64,000 nucleotides of DNA from Coniocarpon cinnabarinum (GCA_051942205.1 JAVECO010000119.1:1-64000), one strand, 5' to 3'; positions 1-11,514 are shown, numbered from the stretch's first letter. Made by a program: numbers and translations. Notes: generated by a model from the sequence alone, not told the origin.

Positions 1-3000
1 ATACTATTTAGGTACCTTCTATAAGTTATATAAATTATAAGATATAGTTTATAGTTTATATAAAAGATTTTATATTAAAATATAATTAGTATATATATTT
101 ATAATTTAAAATAATTTTTAGTCTAATTACTAATAAATTACTAAAAAACTTACTAAAAAAAGTTATACTAGTATAACAAAGATACTAAAATTACTACTAA
201 TAAAAAGATATATAAAAATAACTTTAAATATCTTTAGATAAAGTTAGAAAAGTGTAGAACTTTACTAATAGAAAATATAGTTATAAATAAGAATATAGAG
301 TATAATATACTTACTATTATAATAAAGATAGAGTAGTATAAGTATTTTTTTTAGTATTATATTAAAAAAATCTACTAGTATAGTATTTAGAAGTAGTATT
401 TTAATTAAGAATAACTTAATTATTTATACTTTTTTATCTTTTTAGCTTTAGGCTAAGTTAGTAGTTTTTTTTATATATAAAATAGCTATAAATTATAGTA
501 TTTTTTATCTATTTTTTTCTACCTTAAAATATATATAAAAGACTTAAATTTTAACTTTTTATAAAAAAGATTAATATAGATATATTTCTAAAGTATTTAT
601 TATATTTATAAGTAGATTATAATATATATAACTATAGTATAAACTTTTACTATAGTTAGACCTATATTAGAAGCTATAAATTATAATAAGTATAAGCTTT
701 TAGTATTTTATAACTACTAAGTAGTTAAAATTTAAGTATAAATTATATATTTTTTAGTAGTAATTAAGATTTACTACTAGCTAAACTACTAATTTTAATA
801 GTAATAATTTTAATATCTATAGCCTTTTTTAGTCTACTTTTTTAAGTATCTACTTTTTATAGTAAATAGCTTACTTTTATATATATTATATTTATTTAAA
901 AGCTTTTATATATTATTTAGTTTATTTACTAGTAACTATATATTATAATTAGTAGACTAACTAAGCTAATATACAAAGTATAAAGTATCTATTAATGTAT
1001 ATTTATGTATAAGTATAGTTTCTATCTTCTATTACTAATTTTTTAAATTAGCTTACTTTTAAACTAAGCCTAGATTTGTTACGCTATGCCTAATATAGGA
1101 TAAGAGGTTACGTATATACGCGTACTACCGCGCTAGTACACAAGACCTTAATACACTAGAACGCAACATATTTCTAGACCTTATATATACCTATTATATA
1201 ACCCTAAGTATACTAAACCTTTTAGACTACTAAAAGCGCTAAAGGTACTAGAGATATAGTATACTTACTTATATCTTAGTCTATATAGTCTAATAATAAG
1301 CCTACCTCTCTCTTAGGCTTAATATTATTTAAATTTAGAATTAACCTAATTTTTAAGTTATAAACTACTAAATTAATTACTTACTAGTTTATAGTATACC
1401 TTACTTTTTTAAATAGTACTACTACTATTAGATAAAGTAACCTTTACTATAGTAGTACACTAGTTACTCTTCTTTATTAGCTCTTTACCTATCTTATTTC
1501 TTTATATTATTTCTTATTATATTCTTCTATAGTAAAGGTTCTTATTTCTAGGACCGCCCTAATTCTTCTTAGTTACTATAAGGGTAGGGTTCTCTATAGA
1601 GGCGTTACAAAAGTATTATTTTTAGTTATAGATTACTATCTTTATCTTCTAAACTATATAGTATATATAGTCTAATAAGAATTTAGTTAGACTACTAATA
1701 AGTAGTTAAAAAGTAACTTTATACTTAATAGTAATAATAAGTAGTATAATAAAGATACTAGTAATATTAATTAAAGTATACTATATAGTTTCTACTAGTT
1801 AAAAAATAAAAGAAGGCTAGTAAGCGTTACTATTAACGTTATAATTATATTAAAGAAAATCCTTAATTATTCTACTAGACCTACCTCTTTACTACTATAA
1901 TTAAGTAATACCTCTAAGACCTCTAGTAAGTTAAAAAAAGATAGTAGTAGTAAGAGAAATAGTACTTTTAAAGTATTAAAAATATATATAGTAGTAGAAT
2001 ATACTAATAATACTATTAAGTAAAAGAAAAAGTAATTTCTAAAAAAAATAAGTAGTAATATTTATATATAGTAGAGCTATAAAGTTACTTTCTATTAAAA
2101 TAGGCGTATTCTAACTTAACTAGGCTACTATTAAGGTAAAAAACCTTAATAATTAGTTATAGGCTATTACTACTAGTAGCACTACTCTTAAAGACCTTTT
2201 TAATTATATAAAGTAAATAATAATTAGTAGAAAAAATAGTACTAAAAAGATAAAAAAAAGAACTTTAAATATACTTATAACTACTACTATAGTAGCTACT
2301 TCTTTTACTACTACTTTAGTAATACTAAATATTAACTTTATACTATTTAGTAGAGAAAATACGCTAAATAGCATAATAAAAATACTTAGAGAAGTAACTA
2401 AAGGTACTTTTAGACCTTACTACTCTTATTAAAATATATTACTACTAAAACTATCTTATAATATTATTATTTTAAGCTTTTTTTTTTTTTTAAGATAGTA
2501 GTATAATAAATATTAAGAACTTCTTTACTTAGATATCTCTAAAGTATTCCATAAAAAACTTTATAATTATAAAAGAGGCCTTAAAGTATAAAAAGTAAAA
2601 TTTTAATATAGTAAAATTTAGTATATAATTAGAATATTAATAAGCTTTAGAGCTTTTTTTAGAAATATTCTTTTATATCTATTATAAGATATTATAGTTT
2701 ATAAAGTATTAAAGAAGGTAAAGAATATATAGTAAAATTATTAAGTATAAGTAAAGAGCGCTTAGAGTACTAGTAGTAGTATATATAGTTAGTAATAGTA
2801 ATTATAATATTCTAAAAAAATTCTTTATATATCTTTATAGGAACTATATAGATATTTTTATATAACCTTTATTATATACTTTAATTTCTTTATAAAATAC
2901 TAGATACTTAAAGATTTAACTATATTAATAATTACTATTCTTTTATACTTATTCTTACTTAACTAGTACCTTTAGAATAACTATAATACCTAAAGAACGC

Positions 3001-4135
3001 TATAGTATACTATTCTCTATATATCTATAGTAACTAAAGTAAAAAATTACTAAAATTTAGCTATTAAAAGGCTTTCTTATAAAGGTAGCAAAAAATTAAT
3101 TTAAGGTTACTAAAATTATATTTAATAGAATTTAGATTTAGTAAATATAGTAATAAGAACTCTAAGTATATACTAGTAGTAGCGTAAATATTAAAAATAG
3201 TAGAAATCTTATAAAATTTAGTATTATTTATTACTAGTACTAAGTATAATAAACACTACTACTAATAATAATACTAATTTTTAATATAAGAGTTATAGTA
3301 TAATAGTACTACTTCTTCTAACTATATAATAAATTAATTATTATTAATAGACCTTTAATATATAAGTAATTATTTAATATATCTAAAGAGGCTAAAAGTA
3401 GAAAGTATACTTTATTATATTTTTTTATAAAAGCTAGTTATTAATATTAGTATAGTACTAATAGATACCTAACTATACTTATACTTTTTTATATATTTAA
3501 ATACTACTAATTAATCTATAAATACTAACTTTTATAGCTTAAATTAATAGTAGTACTTATACTATAATTACTACTTTAGTATAAAGCGCTTTAGTATAAT
3601 ATACCTTATACGCTTATAACTTTAATTATCTACCTTTAAAGTATAATATATAGTTATTAAATTAATTACTAGTTTAAACTTATTATATAGAAACTATATT
3701 ATTTAATCTAAAAATATATTTAGTTACTTAATTAACTAGCTTTCTAAGTAAATTAAAGTATTACTAAATATTTTAAAAAATAGATTGTATTTTAAATAGT
3801 ACTTATCTAAAATAGTAATAGTACTATAAAGCTTTAAATTCTTTATAATATAGTCTACTATTAATAGTAATATACTAAATACTAATACTACTATATATCT
3901 TTTAGTACTAGTAAGTAATAGTACTTCTATTTAAGTATATTTCTTATTACTATATTTAAAGTATAGAGATATATTAAAGTTATATAAAAGTAGTTAAAAT
4001 TTTAGTAAAAGAAGCGCTCTAACTACTTATTTAAAAAGTAATAATAGTAGTAAGATTAAAAAAGCTACTATAAATTTACTATAAACACTTCTAATTATAT
4101 TTTTTAGTAATCTCTACTATACTATAGTTAACTAT
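1..4135. repeat. AT-rich, RIP-degenerated repeat/transposon block (open at window start)
   Basis: Extremely AT-rich with abundant TpA/TAG/CTA, near absence of CpA/TpG and surviving CpG (e.g. acgcgt, aagcgct), the signature of repeat-induced point mutation. No ORFs in the track. Sharp switch to balanced composition near 4138. Confidence 0.9.
1077..1609. mobile_element. Possible LTR relic within the RIP block
   Basis: Segment starts TGTTACG (1077) and ends CGTTACA (1609), imperfect inverted TG...CA termini typical of fungal LTRs, where TG/CA are otherwise rare. No clean target-site duplication (agatt vs aaagt). Confidence 0.3.
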
Positions 4136-4510
4136 ATTGTGTGCGTGTTCTAAAGAGCACAGACCAACTATTGTCAGTCTTCCTACAATCGACTGTAGTG
4201 TTAAGGTCACAGTGACCTATGTATTGATGTGGCGCCCGTAATTTCATCTCAGTCCAAGACGTCAATGTCTTACGACCTGGCGCGAAATAAGGAAGAGGTG
4301 TGCCCATTCAGCTGATCGTAAGATGATGGGAAAGGCCCAGCCGTCAAAACGAATGATCATGCTTAGTCGTAAACATCAGTCACTTCCGTTGTGCAGCATG
4401 GAAATAAAACCTGCGTGTACCCTTACGGGGCACCTTGGTGAAGTTTCCCTAAATACGTCTTCCAATATAAACTGAAGCCCATCTATAACCACTTCTCATG
4501 AGGCCGTATG

Positions 4511-5073
4511 TCACGTCACCTCCCTCGGTCCCTCGCCAGCCTCCTTCATCTCGTTAATCACCCGTTCGGCCACCCGAAACCCCTCCATTCCAGCAGGCAT
4601 GCCGCAATACACACTCGCCTGCAACAACGCCTCACGAATCTCCACCTCAATACACCCATTCCTGACCGCGCCCCGCACGTGAACACCCAACTCCGTCGCG
4701 CGGTTCAGCGCGCAGAGCATAACAATGTTGAGCAAAGAGCGGTCGCGCTTCGAGAGGCCGGGTCGATTCCAGACAGTGCCCCAGCAGAAGGCCGTGACGT
4801 GGGATTGCATGGGTTCGTTGAAGGGTGTTTGCGAGGATAGGGAGCGTTCGACGTGTTGAGGGCCGGTCACCTGGATGATGTTGGCCGGGTGTGATGGATG
4901 GGGATGGAGCGTACAGGCACGAAAAGGACATGAAGGGGCTCGTGCTCGGAGTAGGTATCGAGAGTTTACGAATAGAGGGTGCATACGGCATAGCGCTCTT
5001 GCAAACCGGCTGCGTAGAGCGTCTCGTGGGCCTTTTTGATCTCATCCTCGGATGGTGCTGGTGGTGGTGGCAT
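4511..5073 (-). CDS. Carboxymuconolactone decarboxylase (CMD/AhpD-like) family protein, 2 exons
   Basis: Exon 1 MPPPPAPSEDEIKKAHETLYAAGLQERYA, then a gtatgc...cag intron, then VTGPQHVERSL...CWGTVWNRPGLSKRDRSLLNIVMLCAL...ELGVHVRGAVRNG...EIREALLQASVYCGMPAG, the typical CMD motifs. Confidence 0.88.
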
Positions 5074-5407
5074 TGTTTTAATGAAGTTTACACGAGGCTG
5101 ATCTGAGAATCGGTGTGGTTGTGTTGGCACGCAGGCTAAGAACCGAGACGTCTTATAGGACCAGCATAATGAACCTCCGATGTAGGTGCGTCTATAAGGT
5201 CAGTGCTTCAATTACCGAAGCAAGGAATGAAACCTTGTTGATGAGAAGCCTCTTCCCGTTTCTAACCGCGCCACCGCGCTTCAGATTCGTCACAGATTCG
5301 TCTGCCCCACCATTGCATGCGGTCATCTCCGCGTGCCATCGTCCGCCTCGGGTGTACACAGCCCGAGCAGAACCTTGAGGAATTAACGTGGTTAGTGAGA
5401 ATTATGG

Positions 5408-5414
5408 TATATAA
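5408..5414 (+). promoter_or_regulatory. TATA-like element upstream of the tRNA gene
   Basis: TATATAA 34-40 nt upstream of mature tRNA position 1 (5448), where upstream TATA boxes of Pol III genes are expected. Confidence 0.45.
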
Positions 5415-5465
5415 GTTTGCTAGCCATGCTTCTTATCGATAAACCTGGGCAAGGTGGCCGAGTGG

Positions 5466-5519
5466 GTTCGTACAACATCTACATACGACATCTCAACACG
5501 AGACTGACAACACGTTCAG
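5466..5519 (+). other. Spliceosomal-type intron (54 nt) in the tRNA D-loop
   Basis: Donor GTTCGT, branch site ACTGAC (5503-5508), acceptor TTCAG is the first AG after the branch site. Removal restores the D-loop GAGTGG-TTAT. Confidence 0.82.
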
Positions 5520-5538
5520 TTATGGCGCTAGTTTCAGG

Positions 5539-5547
5539 CTGGTACTC
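5539..5547 (+). other. Canonical tRNA intron (9 nt) at position 37/38
   Basis: CTGGTACTC lies one base 3' of the CAG anticodon. Removal gives a 7-nt loop closed by CTAGT:ACTAG. Confidence 0.8.
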
Positions 5548-5588
5548 TACTAGTGGAGAAATCCTCGTGGGTTCGAGTCCCACCCTTG

Positions 5589-5650
5589 GTTGGTTTGCTG
5601 TCTCCGTGCAAAGTGGTGTGAGAAATATCTATTCTAACACATTGACACAG
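5589..5650 (+). other. Spliceosomal-type intron (62 nt) in the tRNA 3' acceptor strand
   Basis: Donor GTTGGT, branch site TTCTAAC (5632-5638), acceptor ACAG is the first AG after the branch site. Removal joins CCTTG to TCA, completing the acceptor stem and discriminator. Confidence 0.8.
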
Positions 5651-5688
5651 TCAGCAACATTCTCGTGAGCCGTCTGCAACGGCTTTGG

Positions 5689-5695
5689 TTTTTTT
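5689..5695 (+). terminator. Pol III terminator (T7)
   Basis: First run of more than 4 T downstream of the tRNA start, preceded by a 6-bp hairpin AGCCGT-ctgca-ACGGCT (5668-5684). Confidence 0.7.
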
Positions 5696-6368
5696 GCATA
5701 TTGTTGAAGTCGTTTTACGTCCATCGTTGAGCGTCTTCGATCCTCTGTTTTAGAGTTATAGCACGTGACTTCAATGCTTGTCGAGGGTCATTACACTTTG
5801 CCCCCCAAGGATGAACCCACACTGTGTGTACTTTTTGCAGCTTTTTGGACCATTTGTCCCATGAAATGTCCTTCTTGCTGGCTACATGTAGCTTTCTTGC
5901 TTGATTCTAACTACTTCTACCTCATGAGTCGCACAGATAAACTGATCAGTCTATGTCTATGTTGGCTGCCGTAATCAGCTCATTTTTTGGGTATATTCCT
6001 TCTTCTGCCATCAAAATCTGCTCGCGCGAGGTTCAACAATTAATGCACGTGCCATGTCCGATGTGTTTTAGAGTCACTGGAGGTGCACGAATGGCAAAGT
6101 TGGAAGATGTCAACAAGGGCGACTTTACAATTTTGGTCGGACGTCGAGCAATACGCAGTTGACAGGGGGTCCCGCAAGATTATTGGAGAAGCGGAATGAT
6201 AGAGTCGCGACTACGTGTGCTAGACCACCCAAATGAAGTCAAGAACGCAGATGGTTACAGGGGTCTGTTGTGCCACATCTAATAACGTTACAGGATGACA
6301 TGATGCGCGCTTCTATTTGCTTGCACGTCCAGACTAGAGAAATCTCGTATGGGTCCATACTTGTAGTT

Positions 6369-8714
6369 CTACCGAGACCGAGGCACTGGCGGTTCTGCTC
6401 TCTTCACACCAAATCGCTTGCTAATGACGACCCACTCAGCGACAATCAATGTGAACCGCATAGCTTTCGCATCCTTCTCCTCAAATGCTCGCTCGACCAA
6501 AGTGTTGACCTGCTCCCAATCCACAAACCCGAGCTGCTCTACATTCTCCCTCGTCATCAATTTCGCCATGACTTTGTGCAGTGGTCCATCCGAGGGCCAA
6601 GTTGTCGGCGCCGAGTAAGCGTGCTTTTTGCGTTCATACAACTCGTGCGTGATGAATGGTTTGCTCGCCTCACGTAAAATCCACTTCTCTACGAAGCTGC
6701 TGTCCTTGGGGTTGTACCTGATCTTGACGCTTGGAGGGAGATCGTCAACGTATTCAGTCAGATGATGGTCCAGGAACGGCGTGCGTGCCTCGAGAGAATG
6801 TGCCATTTCTGTACGGTCGCCGAGACAAGAGAGAAATTGATTGGCAAGGTGCCCCTTGGTCCAGATGTACTGTGCGGAGTGGAGAGGATGCCAAAGTTTT
6901 CGAATGGCATCACGTACACGTCCGTTTGCATTATGCGCGATCGTGAGACGTGGATCGTGATTGCCATAACACTGAGTCCAGGAAGCCCACATGGTGAAAG
7001 AGAAAGCCGCCATTGAAGCGCAAGTGGTGATGCCTGTTCGCGTACTGTTAGTATTGCAGTTCGATTATTCCGGGAGCACTGGACGGTGGGTTCAGTAACG
7101 TCAAATACACTGCTCACCATGAAGTTGGCGCAGGGCAACACAGTCCCCTCGATTGTCCCCATCGGCACCAATCGACCTGTAGAATTCTGCAGCTTCATCG
7201 TCTTTGGCTTTGCAGGCTTCTGATCGAACTTCGTCTGGCAAGTCCGTTTGAGGCCAAGCGTAATCAGGCTCACGCAGAAAATCCGGTAGATACATGGGAT
7301 AGCCACCAAAGATTTCGTCTGAGCCTTCCCCAGTCAAGACCACCTTCCAGCCCTTTGCTCGAGGCTCCTCTGACAAGGCAAATTTGCCGACAAAATTCAG
7401 GTCGGGATTGTGATGTTCACAATGCCATGTCGCGTCCTCGAAGCGTTTCGCAAGCTCCTCCTCATTCATATGCTTCTTGGTGTGATTCACGTCAAGGAAC
7501 TTCGCCGTCCGTTCGGCAATGCCTGGAAGAACTCAGATCTCGACGTTGTCTTTGGTAGTTTGGGCAGCATACTGGATTCATCGTAGCCACTCTCTTCATC
7601 AAAGGCAATGCTGAAGCATTGCACGCGCTTATTGGCACCCTCGCTGCCCATTTGCTCGCCTTGTTGATTGACCAAATGTGTCACCATCCCAGCTATGACT
7701 GATGAGTCGATACCGCCGCTGAGGTAGATCCCCACCGGCACATCAGCACGCAGGCGCACACGGATAGCGTTCAGCAAATGTTCGCGCACACCAGCGATCA
7801 TTTCAACTTCGGTCCTTGCATCCACACGACGCTGTCTGCGTTAGCTTAAGTAGTGAAGCGCAAAGACATGAATCTGTTACCTTGTCTGGAAAGTCGATCT
7901 CCCAGTACTGGCAGCTCTCTATATGACCAAAGGAGTTGCACGTTAAGTAATGGCCCGGACGGAGCTGGAAAGTTCAGCACCGCTCGCATTGTGTCTTGAG
8001 CAAACTCACCTTATAGACGCCTTGGAACAGCGTGCGCTGATCGTAATTCCAGCCTCCGTCCAATAAGCTCTTGACGTCCCATTCTGGCTTCCAGCCTAGT
8101 GCCAGGAACGCCTTTGCTTCGGCGGCGATCAGGAGGCGTCCATTGACGAAGGTATAAAACAGTGGCTTGATGCCATAGCGGTCTCGAGCCGCAATGAAGG
8201 ATTGCGTTTTTGAATCATAAAGACATAACGCAAACTCGCCTCGTAGATGTGATAGGAACGACAGACCATGGAGCCTGTAGAGAGCTACGACAATCTCACA
8301 GTCGCTTCTCCCTTTGAACTGATAGTCGGTGCTCTTGACTAAGTCCTCACGAATGCGCTCGTGGTCGTACAATTCGCCATTGACAACAGCGTGTATGGTT
8401 TCATTTGCATCGTGAAACGGCTGAGCTCCGTCTGCAGAGAGATCATTGATGGCTAGCCGAACGTGCCCAAGAGCTAGTTTAAAGTCAATGCTACCATCTG
8501 AGAAATCGCATCATGCTGTGTTGTCCTCACCAACGCGCTTATCTAGGCTGGTCCATATTCCACGTGAGTCTGGTCCACGATGGGCAATCAAGTCGAGGCT
8601 CTTGTTCAGGTTTGTCTCAATGTCGTGCGACGACTCATATTCTTCCGGACCTTTCGCTTGTTTGCCCTCCAGCGAAGCGCCATGCAAGGCGAGCACACAG
8701 CTGATGCCGCACAT
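6369..8714 (-). CDS. Asparagine synthase (glutamine-hydrolysing)-like AsnB amidotransferase, multi-exon
   Basis: N-terminal MCGI (Ntn nucleophile Cys), HRGPD, RDRYGIKPLFY, YLSGGIDSS (ATP), LTGEGSDEIFGGY and DRTEMAHSLEARTPFLDH across ORF pieces 8511-8765, 7974-8372, 7487-7825, 7101-7490 and 6369-7013, joined by GT-AG introns. Confidence 0.9.
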
Positions 8715-9524
8715 GTCAAATAGTCTTCCAGATGAACTCAGTAGAAGATACTCTTCTGGCAGCAACGAATCTTCATGTACCCAGCGCCGCTAGTATCCGG
8801 CAGAGACCGTTTAGTCGTAATTGCTTGCCTAAGAAGATGTGAACTTAAGCGGTTGATCCTAGGGAATGAATAGGATGAAGGAAGGCGAAGCAAGAGCGTT
8901 GCGTTGCCCGCAAGCCCAACATCGCATATTGACCAGGGAAAGCGCGATGCAAATGTGCTACAGGGAGTCGCGGCGTATCAAAACAATCTTGTTAGCTGAT
9001 AAGGCAACATAACGATGCAGACAAGCAAGATAGTAAGCATTGAGGAGACGATGGTGAGTAAGATCTATGCTGCATTGGTCTTGGCGTCAGAGTCTGCTGC
9101 GCTGCAGCGGTCCGACGTAGCTTGTTCATGTTCACGTAAGACGTTCATGTAGTTTGCTCAAAGTCATACCTTACTCTGTTCCTCCCTCGGTGTGCGACTT
9201 GCCCAGACTGAGAGAGACAATCAGTCTACACGGGATCGTAGATATACCGAGCGTGCTTCACTTCAAAACATCTGGACCGAAGACCAAGGATTGCAAGCTC
9301 GAGACTTCCGCTGCAATGATGCGCCGACTGGTATTTGTGATGGAGATGCGCGCCTGCTCCAGCTACTTTACCGAAAGCAAGCGAACACGAGGAGTCATGC
9401 TCTTATTTAAAAGCCATGTTAAGGTCCTAGTGCGCTCGTTGCGGACGATGAGAGACCAAGGAATTGTGTCGAGCTTTTGCTAGCACAGCCTCTTCATTGG
9501 ACCGCATTCGACGCAAGTTGCAAC

Positions 9525-10675
9525 ATGTCAACACGTATGTTTTACGACCACGACTGCTCCTTGGAAGCACTTGCTGGTAAGACCATCGTCTTTGTTGGAT
9601 ATGGCAATCAGGGCAGGGCCCAGGCGTCTAATCTTCGGGACACGCTCAATGCATCCACGGTCTTCGAGCCGCCTAAAATCGTTATTGCCAACCGGGAAGA
9701 CGACTACGCTGGTACAGCCGATAGAGATGGATTTGGCCATACGTCTGACTTTGCTGCTGCGGCTGCGGAAGCTGACGTGTTGTTTCTACTGGTGCCTGAC
9801 CAGGTTAGTGCGGCGCGTTGCGTAACAAGTCCCAATGAGCTCTGACCAAGGAAAATCATAGGTGCAACCTGAGCTTTTCAACGCGACTATCGCACCTGCA
9901 CTCAGAAAACGCGCTTGTGTAGTGGTTGCTTCAGGGTATAATGTCTTTTACAAGCACCTAACGGTCGACCCGAGTACGGATATCGTCATGGTAGCTCCAA
10001 GGATGATTGGTGCCTCTGTACGATCTCGCTTTGTCTCCGAGCAAGGTTTCCCCTGTTTCGTGTCAGTGGAGCAAGACGGCACCGGTCATGCCTGGCCAGT
10101 GGCTCTGTCTCTGTGTTTAGGCATTGGGGCAACAAAGGGCGGCGTCATCGAAAGCAGTTGCAGGGAGGAGACTCTGCTGGACCTCTTTGCTGAGCAAGCA
10201 CTGTTTCCGATGATCATTGCAACCTTTCAGGAGTCCTACAAGACTCTAAAGCGCCTGGGCTGCTCCGACGAAGCGTTGTGCCACGAGATGTGGATGAGCA
10301 AAGAGCCAGCTGAGGTCTTTGAGAAAATGGCAGACGACGGATTTATTCGACAGCTCAAGCTTCACAGCACAGTGAGGTACGTGACAGCGCCGTGCGAATG
10401 TTCCATAAGCGTCCACTGAGCAGCTTCACAGTCAGTATGGTCAACTAAAGGGTAGCTCAGAGGTGGATACATCATTGATGGTGAAGGAGTTCAAGCGTGT
10501 ATCTGAGGAGCGTATCCTTGGCGGTACATTTGCCAAGGAATTTTCGGCACTCGAAAGCGCATCGACCGGTGGTGTAGATGTAAGGTTGCAAGACCTGTAT
10601 CAAGTGGCGAATCAAAGCGAGCTGGCTCGAGGTGAGCGTAGAGTACGTGAGAGACTTGGGCTGCCCACAAGCTAG
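9525..10675 (+). CDS. Ketol-acid reductoisomerase (IlvC-like, short form, no obvious mitochondrial presequence), 3 exons
   Basis: MSTRMFYDHDCSLEAL, GYGNQGRAQASNLRD Rossmann motif, LLVPDQ, MVAPRMIG and EETLLDLFAEQAL. Introns near 9804-9861 and 10377-10430. Confidence 0.85.
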
Positions 10676-10968
10676 CACGGCTAGGCAGTGTGTCGACAGC
10701 ACGACAGTGATGGTCAGAAGTCCTGGAGAGGAGTGGGCGATCTGAGCACGCGAGCATCATGCATCATCTGCAGCGGCCCATACAGGTGTGGACAAAATGG
10801 TAAATGACAATTGACTTGAATGTGTTTGAGCAGCAAATATGAGAATAGTCCACAAGCTTGATGCCTGCATTTCGAGGCGTCAGTCATCCACCAGGTTTCC
10901 ATTGCCTTGCGCAAAGGTGCCCAATCAACAACTGCAAGCTACACTGTCTTCGTGTCTGTCTCCCCACT

Positions 10969-11514
10969 ATGGCGTCCACGGAGGAGCAAATGGAGGTCGA
11001 TGTCCCGTCAGCGGATGGACCTCCTAAATCAGATCTGGAAGCCAAATCATCGGACACTCTAGAAGCCTGCTCACTCGGCGGAGCAACTGCTGTTCGTTCA
11101 ATTGAAGGCTGGATCCTGATCGTCACCAACATTCACGAGGAAGCGTCCGAAGAGGACTTGACCGATCTTTTCAATGAATTTGGCGCGATCAAGAACATTC
11201 ACATGAATCTAGATCGTCGGAGCGGCTACGTAAAGGTAAAGATCTATTTCGCATGTTCCGGGAGAGACGATAGCTGATATGGCTAGGGATATGTTCTCAT
11301 TGAATATCCAACCCTCAGCGACGCACGCGCCGCCATTGAAGGGGCGAATGGCGCCAAATTGCTGGATCAGACTATCAATGTTGACTTCGCCTTCGTGAGA
11401 CCGGATGAGAAGACCACCAGAGGCAAGAACAGAGGCAGAAACAATGCTTCGAGAGGCGGACGGGCAAGAAGTCGAAGCCCTGGCAATGAGGGCGCAGAGG
11501 ATGGTGAGGAATGA
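10969..11514 (+). CDS. RBM8A: RNA-binding protein Y14/RBM8A (exon junction complex), 2 exons
   Basis: [24 protein letters not shown]...[23 protein letters not shown]...[15 protein letters not shown] matches the Y14 RRM. Confidence 0.93.

Larger units (their letters stand above)
5448..5653 (+). tRNA. tRNA-Leu(CAG), four exons: 5448-5465, 5520-5538, 5548-5588, 5651-5653
   Basis: Joined exons give GGCAAGGTGGCCGAGTGG/TTATGGCGCTAGTTTCAGG/TACTAGTGGAGAAATCCTCGTGGGTTCGAGTCCCACCCTTG/TCA (81 nt). Acceptor stem GGCAAGG:CCTTGTC, discriminator A, D stem GCC:GGC, anticodon stem CTAGT:ACTAG with loop TT-CAG-GT, type II variable arm GGA-GAAA-TCC, T arm GTGGG-TTCGAGT-CCCAC. A box TGGCCGAGTGG (5455-5465) and B box GGTTCGAGTCC (5570-5580) are intact. 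Confidence 0.92.

Noticed and set aside
1..4135. AT-rich block as organellar insertion, telomere or CRISPR-like array
   Set aside because: The dinucleotide bias fits RIP. No TTAGGG arrays, regular repeat-spacer structure or organellar gene motifs were seen.
5520..5653. CAG-anticodon tRNA as a sign of CUG codon reassignment (Ser/Ala)
   Set aside because: The spliced tRNA has Leu features (A73, U33, G37, short type II arm), not the G73 of Ser tRNAs or an Ala G3:U70 pair.
5417..5668. 83-aa ORF overlapping the tRNA
   Set aside because: Non-ATG start, no recognisable protein features, and fully explained by the tRNA gene.
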